Below the pieces are notes generated by a model, which saw only the letters and a list, made by a program, of their open reading frames with translations, ran no database searches and had not been told where the DNA came from. The translations under genes and the position numbers were made by a program. DNA of 64,000 bases, from the NCBI RefSeq assembly GCF_009914755.1, contig NC_060931.1; one strand, written 5' to 3'. Source of the stretch: the human T2T-CHM13v2.0 reference genome, Homo sapiens. This document shows, piece by piece, positions 51,308-64,000 of this stretch. Each line of letters opens with the position of its first letter. The stretch's first letter is position 1.

Positions 51308-51933
51308 AGACAGAGTCTTGCTTTGTCACCCAGGCTGGAGTGCAGTGGTGCGATCTTGGCTCACTGCAACCTCCGCCTCCCGGGTTCAAGAGGTTCCCCT
51401 GACTCAACCTCCTGAGTAGCTGGGATTACAAGCCTGTGCCACCACACCCGGCTAATTTCTGTATTTTTAGTTAAGATGGGGTTTCTCCATGTTGGCCAGG
51501 CTGGTCTCGATCTCCTGACCTCAAGTGACCCACCTGCCTTGGCCTCCCAAAGTGCTGGGATTACAGGCGTGAGTCACCGCAACTGGCCCCACTTACTGTG
51601 TATTTTTTACATACAAAAAGACATTCCTGCCGGGCGCAGTGGCTCCCGCCTGTAATCCCAGCACTTTGGGAGGCTGAGATGTACAGATCACTTGAGGTCA
51701 GGAGTTCGAGACCAGCCTGGTCAACATGGTGTAGCCCTGTCTCTACTAAAAATACAAAACTCAGCCGGGTGTGGTGGCAGGCACCTGTAATCCCAGCTAC
51801 TCAGGAGGCTGAGGCAGGAGAATTGCTTGAACCCAGGAGGCGGAGGTTGCAGTGAGCCGAGGTCGTCGCATCACTGCACTCCAGCCTCGATGAAAGAGCA
51901 AGACTCCGTCTCAAAAACAAAACAACAACAAAA
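51275..51933. mobile_element. Head-to-head inverted AluS pair (51275-51588 minus, 51628-51933 plus)
   Basis: About 40 bp apart. Confidence 0.92.
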
Positions 51934-52321
51934 AGACATTCCTTAAATTTAGAAAATGGAGCCCACTTGAGAAATTGAGTAGGCAAAAGAAAAAATATCT
52001 AAAGGTGTTTAATGTCAAGTACTCCACTAAGGCTTTCTCCCAAAGCCCTACCCTTATCCATTTAAGGAAGGGCTCTCAAATCCTCCTTCTAATGTACACT
52101 TCCCCTGTGGCATCTGAACATCCACATCGTTGTCTGCTGGGACTGTTTCTGTGGAGGAATCCTTCCAGTCTGGTCACACTGAGTCTACTCTTCAGGTACC
52201 TCAGGCAAAACAGGATGGATGAGAAACCACCATTTTCCCTTATTTCTTTGCTATATTCCATATATTTGGGAGAAAACAAACCTACCTAATTCTCTAGCAG
52301 TGAGTCCTTCAGAAAGTTAGT

Positions 52322-52628
<307 letters not shown>

Positions 52629-53219
52629 TTAGCAGAATCCAGTGCCCACCCATAAGTGCTTTATCATCATCTAAAACTAAGTGGTTAGAAACTGTTTAAA
52701 GCTGCTTGACACAGCATGTAAGATATGCGGTCCAGAGAACTTGAGGAATCCCCTTCTGATCATTTAGTAGTATATGGTGGAATACAGATAACATAAATAA
52801 TAAAGATCTAACAGTAACAGAAAGGTAACACTCCAGGTACAGATCTTACAAAACACCAAACGTCACAAGCGTTTCTGCTGTGGTCCCAGATTCTGTTACC
52901 TCTTCAGTGACTTCACAGAATCTGGCTTACAAGATGACTCCTAGAATTGGGGCAGGAGATTGTCTTACTTCAAGGTTAGAGGTTTGCCTTGATATTAAGC
53001 TCTCAGTTCCATCAGACTGACAGGGTATATGAGGCATTAGGGCAAACAAAGAAAAATAAGCTCTCAGTTCCAAATGTACTTCTCAGCTTTGTGATGCCAG
53101 GTCTAGGACTATGGACTCTAATCTCTCCTTTGCCAGCTGTTACCTGTTAGTTTCTGCCAATAGAAGGCACCAGAGGGGTACTAGAAAGCAGGAGTCGGGA
53201 TAGAGATGACATGCTCTTG

Positions 53220-54022
53220 CCCGTCTGTCAGTCGGCATCCCCACACCCACAGGTCCCGTCCATCAGTCGACATCAGCAGGCCCTGTCCGTCAGTCGGCAT
53301 CCCCACATCCGCAGGTCCCTGTCCATCAGTCGGCATCACCACATCTGCAAGTCCCTCTCCGTCAGTCAGCATCACTGCATCCGTAGGTCCCCATCCGTCA
53401 GTCAGCATCACTGCATCTGCAGGTCCCGTCCTTCAGTTGGTATCACCGCATCACCAGGTCCCATCCGTCAGTCAGCATCACCTCACCCGCAGGTCCCCAT
53501 CTGTCAGTCGGCTTTACCACATTAGCAGGTCCCGTCCGTCAGTCGGCTTCACTGCATTACCAGGTCCTGTCTGTCAGTCAGCTTCACCACATCAGCAGGT
53601 CCCGTCCGTCAGTCGGCTTCACTGCAACACCAGGTCCCGTCCGTCAGTCGGCATCAACGCATCACCAGGTCCCTACCCATCAGTCGGCATCACCGCATCA
53701 CCAAGTCCCTGTACGTCAGTCAGCATCACCACATCCGCAGGTCCCCGTTCATCGGCTTCACCGCATCCGCAGGTCCCGTCCATCAGTCGGCATCACCGCA
53801 TCGCCAGGTCCCCCTCCATCAGTCGGCATCACCGCATCCGCAGGTCCCCCTCCGTCAGCCGGCATCACCGCATCCGCAGGTCCCCCTCCGTCAGTCGGCA
53901 TCACCGCATCCGCAGGTCCCCCTCCGTCAGTCGGCATCACTGCATCCGCAGGTCCCGTCCGTCAGTCGGCATCACCGCATCCGCAGGTCCCTGTCTGTCA
54001 GCCGGCGTCACTGAATCAGCAG
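53220..54022. repeat. CpG-rich minisatellite, ~23 copies of a 35/36-bp unit
   Basis: Consensus gtcagtcggcatcaccgcatccgcaggtccccctcc; copies counted by eye. Confidence 0.95.
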
Positions 54023-54394
54023 TTGGTTACAGCCTCTAGCTCCTCTGGACACTCTGAACAAGATGTATAACTCCTCTCTCCTCCCCACATCCCAGGCGCC
54101 AGCCATAGCCAAGGAGCTCCCATGGCTCAGAAATCTAAGTCTCAGGTGCTCAGGGCTCTTCCCTCCAAGTCTCTAGGATCCAAAACCTCAACTTCCTCTT
54201 TGGCCTTCCAACCCTCAGGCCGTGGCTGCTCCTTACAGTCACTACTCTGGATTCTCTTTGTTCTTTCGCCTTTCAGCACCTGTGTGATTCTCCCTGGTGA
54301 AATACCGAGTATGTTATCTGTGCTCCTGCCTGGATCTCACTGAGACAAGCACAAAACCTAAGGCTGAGAGCTGGTGAATTTGTTGTTCTTATTA

Positions 54395-54640
54395 TATCAT
54401 AGCTAAAACATATTGTGTACTTATATGTACCAAGCACTGTTTTAAAGGCTTTATCATGCATAATCCTATTTAATGCTCAAAGCAACCCAATGAGGGGGCC
54501 ACCATCATCACCCCTGGTTAGAAAAGAGGAAAATGAGGCTCAAAGAATTTTAAAAACCTGTTCAGAGATCCCATAACTAGATCACACAATGAGAAAGTAG
54601 TGGAGCTAGGACATAATTCCAAGTCTGACCTCAAGGCTGC
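54395..54640. mobile_element. MIR
   Basis: tatgtaccaagcactgttttaa..gaggaaaatgaggctcaaaga..agtagtggagctagga. Confidence 0.6.
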
Positions 54641-55200
54641 CCCATTTCCTGCAAAAAAAATAAAAATAAATAAATAAAATACAACTATAAGGCTTTTTTA
54701 GGTGCTCCAAGCTGCTTCACAGGGCTATTTACATTGCTCACAGAGAACTTACTATAGTGCTTTTTTGTTATCCTCTTGAGTCTTACTCTGTAACAGGCCC
54801 CTTCCTTTTTTCATCCCACTGCTCCTCTAGCAAAACAGGATGTCCTGTGGAATATCCCATATTTAGGACATGGCTAGTTGTTTCTTTGATGCATCATTTA
54901 ATTTGTCACTCTATCTTCTGTATTTCTTGTAAACTCAAAGTTAGATTAAGACTGAAGCCAGTTGAACCTATTGAGATAAGACTATTTCCTCTGTGGTGAC
55001 ATGTATATTCTACTGCATTAAAGTAGAAGGTACATAAGGTCCGGTCATTCCACTTTCAGTGATTCTAAGATTAATCAGGGACTCAATGCCTAATCTTCCA
55101 TTATAAAAATTGTCCAGAACTGCAAAATTATCGCTGTTTATGATAAGGCTTTGGCACAAAACAAGCGGCATACCCAGCGTGAATAAATAAAATATATACA

Positions 55201-55513
<313 letters not shown>

Positions 55514-57174
55514 CATACAAAGTGACCCTTCTCAAAAAGGAAATAGTGTTCCCTCAAGCCTTTAAGGAAAGAAACACCTAACAGCAGCAGCCCATCTTAT
55601 TCCTAACGAACTCTCAATAAAATTGTTTTTGTTGATCAATATGTAAATAATCATTAAATTTTTAAAGGGAGTCAAAGGTGAAGAATTCCAAAGTCTAGTT
55701 CCAAGCATCTTACGATTCAGTATGTGCTCTTGCTTAATTAACTTTATCTTGCGTGCCCATATTTGCCCATTTGAAAACAGAGATAATCCACTAACTTGAC
55801 ACTACCTCAAAGGACAATGAGGAGAGTAAAGTGAAATACAAAAATTAAGAAAAGTTAGATACGGCAAATACCCAGAATAAGGGAAAATGCAATAAACTAA
55901 AAGCTAAATTCTCTAAATTTGAAGAGATTATGAATGAATTAAAAGGAAACTCTGCCCATAGCAGATATGCTAGTACTCTAATAATTTACTTAAACTTGGT
56001 TTCTACCATTTGGCTGTTTCATAGAAAGCTACATCATACCAGATGTAGCTCCTGAACAAAAAAAATCATATTAAATTACATTTTAAATCATATTTAATAT
56101 GGCTCATCTTAAAATAAGGGGATTGAACTAGTAATCTTGCTATTACAACACTTGAGGACCTATCCCACAAGCTACTGAATTCCCTAAATAAATGTTAATC
56201 TAAAACAGGAACATGTAAAAAGTTTAATCTTATAACCCACCGTTTCCATCTATAAAGTATATTTTTAGTGCATTATATAACTTGCAATATATTCAGCATA
56301 TACCAAAAACCAACCCCTTCCTGCAAAGCTTAATCTCAATAATACTGTTCTGAAGATAAATATTCTCAGCACAAATCACCTGTGACCAACTGAGAAACCT
56401 TGGAGAATCAGACTTAGATCAACTTCCCACCAAACTAACCTTTTAACCAAACTTTGCATTTTGATGGGGGTTATGATTTAGTGACTCATCAAATGTCATT
56501 TTAGAAGACTAGTCTAAAACACACAAAACTAGTTAGTCTTGATTTTTTTTATATTAGAGATACATAAAAGCTAAGCAGTTTCTCTGCACCACCCTCTCCA
56601 AGGTGGGTTTTAAGAACTTTCAGGTTCCATTGTCTGAAGAGTCAAAAGACATTTTCTTTTATCCCTTCAACTACTGGTGTCTCAGATTCTCACCATGACA
56701 TCATTATTATGCTTTGGAAACTGCTGACACAGGCTATTCAATTGTGCTAAATAGTTTGTGTTTATGCATATTACACAATCAGTGCAGTGCCACCATCTGA
56801 GCAAAAGGAAGCAGAATAACATTTTAAAGTAACAGCACAAAATAGCAGGTATTTGTCTTTTTAAAACTTTGCCAAGATAGGAACTTCATATTTAAATACA
56901 ATTGGCAAACTCATCAGAAAGAACTGAAATCAACAAAATCCTGTTGGGAAGTGACTGAATGAGAAAGATTACCCAGTTACCCAAGAATATATTTCAATAT
57001 TTGGTTTCTTATCCCAAAGAGCAGATTTTTAAAAGATACACTGTGCCCTTACTAAGAAAAACCCACACCAAGGCACGGGTCATAGGAGAAGAATTTTATG
57101 TTCTAGCACACCCAAGAGTTGAGGAAAGGAGAAAAAGCTTTGAAAAAACTAACAGCAATAGGCTTCCATACTTA

Positions 57175-57264
<90 letters not shown>

Positions 57265-57998
57265 TTAAAATGTTTTTTAAAAGAAAAAAACATAAAAGCA
57301 AAACAATAATAGCCAACATGGAAGTTTAGAAACTACTTAAAATATTAACTCTATATTAATTACAAACCAATATCTATTAAGAAAATACAGCCCAAGAAGG
57401 AAAAGCAAAGAAGCAAAGTCATAAAATGCATAGAGACCATTTGGAGATCCAGCATTTATCGGACTGTTATGACTTATTTTAAAAGCCACTAAAATTGGCA
57501 GATAGAATGTTTAAAACACACTTATCTGATGACTACATTCTAAGTTCAAATCCGTTAGCTTCAAATTAGGCATCCCAGGACACAAACAAGGCCTTAGTCC
57601 AGGTGACCTTACTCTGACCGTTACAGCTAAGGAGTCCATGGATAAAATTCAGGGAAATAAAAATGAGGTGTGGGTGGCAGGAAATTACACATTTATCTTC
57701 ACTATCCCCTAAATGAAATTTAACACGTCCTTCAATTATGAATGCTGGCACTAAACCACAGAATTACAGTACTTGTAATTTTGACATCAATATAAATCAG
57801 ATATTTTCATACCACATTAGACTGTTGGAGATCTTTATCATCTATACTCATTACTGTGAAACTTAGATGTGTTGCTAGAACTTGTTGCTTATTATACTAA
57901 GCACCTATCACCAAGTTTTAACATTCTGCTAACTACATTTTAAAATAATTGGTTTCCTTTATAATCCTACGTATTTTATGCATTTTAAAACATCCTGA

Positions 57999-58955
57999 GG
58001 CCAGGCACAGTGGCTCAGGCCTATAATCCCAACACTTTGGGTGGCCAAGGCAGGTGGATCACTTGAGGTCTGGAGGTCAGGACCAGACTGGCCAACATGG
58101 TGAAACTCCTCCTCTACTAAAATTACAAAAAATTAGCTGGGCATGGTGGCAGGTGCCTGTAGTCCCAGCTACTCCAGATGCTGAGGCAGAAGAATCACTT
58201 GAACCTGGGAGGCGGAGGTTGCGGTAAGCCAAGATTGCATCACGGCACTGCAGCCTGGGCGACAGAGCGAGACTCCATCTCAAAAAAATAAAAAATAAGA
58301 CATACTGAAACATAAGAAGAGATCCATAGGTTTCAGACTGCTAAAGGAGTGCACAGTACAGAAAATGTTAAGAATCAGCACCTTAGTCCAAATGCCTCCC
58401 TACACATGTATATATGTATGTATAAGGGAAGGAAGAGGGCGACACATATAACACAACTGCATGTTAACTGTATGAGACTATACCATAGAAGTCACATGCC
58501 AGTCACCTCCTTTGAAGGAGGAAGAATTTATAGTCAACTAGCTATTAAAAACAAAACAAAAACTAGCAATTGAGCTTGACATCTCAAGTGAAATAAATTA
58601 CTTAACTTTCACAATTAGAACTATAGGACAGGCCTTGTGGCTTATGCCTGTAATCCCAGCACTTTAGGAGGATCACCTGAGCCCAGGAGTTCCAGACCAG
58701 CCTGGACAACATAGCCAAACCCCATCTCTACAAAAATCTTTTTAAAATTTTTTTAAACTAGCTGGGCATGGTGTTGCATGCTTGTAGTACCACCTACTCA
58801 GGAGACTGAGATGGAAGGATTGCTTGAGACCAGGAGTTCAAAGCTACAGTGAGCTGTGACTGCACCACTGCAATCCAGCCTGGGCAACAGAGTGACAACC
58901 TGTCTCAAAAAGAAAAGAGAAGAAAAAAGAAAAATAAAAAACAGAAAAAAAACAA
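57999..58955 (+). mobile_element. Two Alus (57999-58298, 58627-58955)
   Basis: Full dimers. Confidence 0.9.
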
Positions 58956-59424
58956 AGAACTATAGTGAACTTCTCTTTCCAGGTCAAATAATCCACAATT
59001 TTGAAGTATCTGAGGAAAACACCAGTTTAGTCTAGATTCATAACCTAGTTTAGTCCTTTGCCTCTTCCCTTTCCCCAAAAGGGTGAGAACAAACAAATAC
59101 CACAGCTGCCATTGATCCCTTCGAGAACAACAAAGAAAACCTAGATTAACTAAACTCAGGTACATCCTGTCTACAATCATAAAATGGAGGAGGGAAGGAA
59201 GAGAAGCACTTTTACATTATTTTCATGACAAAGTAAAAGCACAGTCATCAAGGTAAAATATACCAAAGAAATAAAAGAGAATGCCAGTTTAAGAGATTCA
59301 AAAATCCAAACTATAGCTAGTACAAGTTTACAGACTAAATGCTAGTTTGGGATTTGTTTCAAAATAACTCATGTGGTAATAACTGTTAAAGCTTCAGGAC
59401 AGGTACCTCTCTGCTTTTATGTAA

Positions 59425-61505
<2,081 letters not shown>

Positions 61506-62267
61506 TGCAGTTAGCGTTTGATATCTAGAATTGTTCTTTCCCATTTGCTCAGTAACTAATCTTAAACTGTGTGACGTTTACCTCTGGCTCCTAACCCCGT
61601 GCTCTGCTCTTATCAGTACAAGAGCCAAAAGTCTCAACATTAACAAGAATGAACCAAAGGCATGAATTATAATCATCCAGCACAGATAAATACAAACTTC
61701 TGGCATGGAAAGAACTGGAGAAAAATCTATCTCAGTCAGCTACACAATTAAAATACTCTACTGCTTCTTTGGTCATGTTCCATCTGAGATTTGAGAATGA
61801 GTTTATATTTGGGTTTGATTCTAAATACTTACAAGTCAAGAAAAGGTATTCATATTTTAATAGAGTGTTTCTATCATATTAATTACCAAGTCATTAAAGT
61901 TCAATATAACTATCAGAAAATAAATTAGCATTTCACCATCTCCTAAAACATACATAAATACATAGGATGCACACTCCATAACAACAGGGACTAATTAGGT
62001 TATCTTGTTTGTTGCTGCATTCAGAGCCTGAACAGTGCTTGGCATCTGATAAGCATTCAATTGATAGTTAAAATGTTACACTATATGGTGGAGGGGGGGA
62101 AAGACTCACAGAACCACTATCCAGAAACTAACATTTCAAATGATTTCCTTATAGCTTATAAAGGGACCGAGAAAAACAACTGCCACACATTTTTGAGAAT
62201 GGAAAAAAAAAACAAAAACCCCAAAATATTGAATTATTTAAGCATTTGCATTAATTTTAAAAATTCA

Positions 62268-64000
62268 GGCCAGGCACAGTGGCTTACGCCTGTAATCCCA
62301 GCACTTTGGGAGGCCGAGGCAGGCAGATCACGAGGTCAGAAGTTCGAGACCAGCCTGATCAACATGGTGAAACCTCGTCTCTACTAAAAACATAAAAATT
62401 AGCTGGGCATGGTGGTATGCGCCTGCAATCCCAGCTACTCAGGAGGCTGAGGCAGCAGAATTGCTTGAACCCGGGAGACGGAGGTTGCAGTTAGCCAAGA
62501 CTGCACCACTGCACTCCAGCCTAGGCGACAGAGTGAGACTCCATCTCAAACAAAAAAATTTTTTTTTCAACACAGTTTAAGGGTTCCCCACCAGAGGGGA
62601 AATACGGTAAATTTTAGTTCTCAGGCTAATAGATTAAAAATTTAAAGGCCAGGCGCAGTGGCTCAAGCCTGTAATCCCAGCACTTTGGGAGGCTGAGGTC
62701 GGGGGAATCATTAGGTCAGGAGTTCAAGACCAGCTTGGCCAAGATGGTGAAACCCCGTCTCTACTAAAAATACAAAAATTAGCTGGGCGTAGTGGCAGGC
62801 ACCTGTAATCTCAGCTACTCGGGAGGCTGAGGCAGGAGAATCGCCTGAACCAGGAGGCGGACATTGCAGTGAGCCGAGATCGCACCACTGCACTCTAGCC
62901 TGGGCGACAAAGCAAGACTCCATCTCAAAAAATAAAAATAAACAATTTAAAAACTGCCCACTCTGCTAGAAATATTAGTTACTATGAAAATTCAATCATT
63001 ATTTATTAAAAGCATGTTTAATCACAAAAGAAAGAGTCAATGATAGGCCCGGCAGGGTAGCTCATGCCTGTAAACCCAGCACTTTGGGAGAACTGCCTGA
63101 AACCAGGAGTTCCAGACAACCCTGGGCAACAAAATGAGACCCCCCACACCGGCCCTGCCTATCTACAAAAAAATCAAAATTAAAATTAATTTTTAAGAGC
63201 CAATAGAGCAGCTCATGTAGACTCTGAAGGGCATCTTCAAGATGTTTAGTAATCGATGAAACTGATTTAAGTTGATTTTATAGAAATGTTCAAATTGTCA
63301 CCAATTAGAGAAAGTGAGCCTCCAAATACCCATCACCTGTTTCAATTAACGAGTATGATAATCTGATCTTGTTTATTCTATACCCACACCTGTACCAAGT
63401 CCCCCTTACGTAGCATGCCATGCTGAACTACTCCAGTAAACAACAATGAAAAATAAGGAGCTTTATTTCAACATAACCACAACAGCATTACTGCTCCTAG
63501 AAGTGATTAGCAAAAATTCCTCATTATTAGATATCCACTAAGTGTTTATTTCCAATTGCTAATAACTATCTTTTTACATGAGGTTTGTTCGTATCAAGAT
63601 GCCAACAAGATATACATATGCATACAGTTGATATGCTGATATATAATCTTAGGTCTATTTAATACACGAGTTTCCCCTCACTGTTTTCTTCACATTTATG
63701 TAGTGGTCCAAAGTCATAAAATACTACATGATTACTCATTCTGGATTTTACTCACTGCAACCCCCTTTGTATCATTTTAATAATTGTTTACTACATAGAA
63801 TTAGATATATAATAATGTATTTTTTCTAAGAGATAGGATCTTGCTCTATTGCCCAGACTGGAGAGCAGTGGTACAATCACCTCACTGCAGACTCAAACCT
63901 CTGGGACTCAAGTGATCCTACCATCACAGCCTTCTGAGTAGCTGGGACCACAGGCATATGCTACCATGCCCAGCTAAATTTTTTGTAGAGATGGGGTCTC
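62268..64000. mobile_element. Alus at 62268-62560 +, 62648-62942 +, 63046-63175 + (monomer), 63820-64000 - (partial)
   Basis: Alu motifs. Confidence 0.88.

Noticed and set aside
53220-54022. 36-bp periodicity as a CRISPR-like array
   Set aside because: Units are contiguous with no unique spacers; eukaryotic minisatellite.

Overview
Primate (most likely human) genomic DNA from inside IGF2BP3, which is transcribed on the minus strand. Three small RRM2-coding exons are readable: exon 3 (57205-57253), exon 4 (119-170) and the 5' part of exon 5 (1-26). All visible splice sites are canonical GT-AG. The rest is intron 3 (171-57204, 57,034 bp), intron 4 (92 bp) and the 3' end of intron 2. The introns hold about 60 Alu copies or fragments, old L1 fragments, one twin-primed (5'-inverted) L1PA, solo LTRs (LTR12, deleted MER11, LTR47-like, MSTB, MLT1), DNA-transposon relics, an RPL31 processed pseudogene, a retroposed SNORD65 copy, U2 and probable tRNA-Asp 5' fragments, an unidentified mRNA-like retrocopy and a CpG-rich 35/36-bp minisatellite. 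Nearly all ORFs in the supplied track are Alu/L1/LTR/VNTR artefacts. I found no convincing new protein-coding system. The least explained structure is an old ~170-bp inverted repeat (38587-38819 / 40586-40758) that matches no repeat I recognise and encloses a perfect 14-bp hairpin. Repeat family names come from recalled consensus sequences, not a search, and repeat boundaries are approximate.
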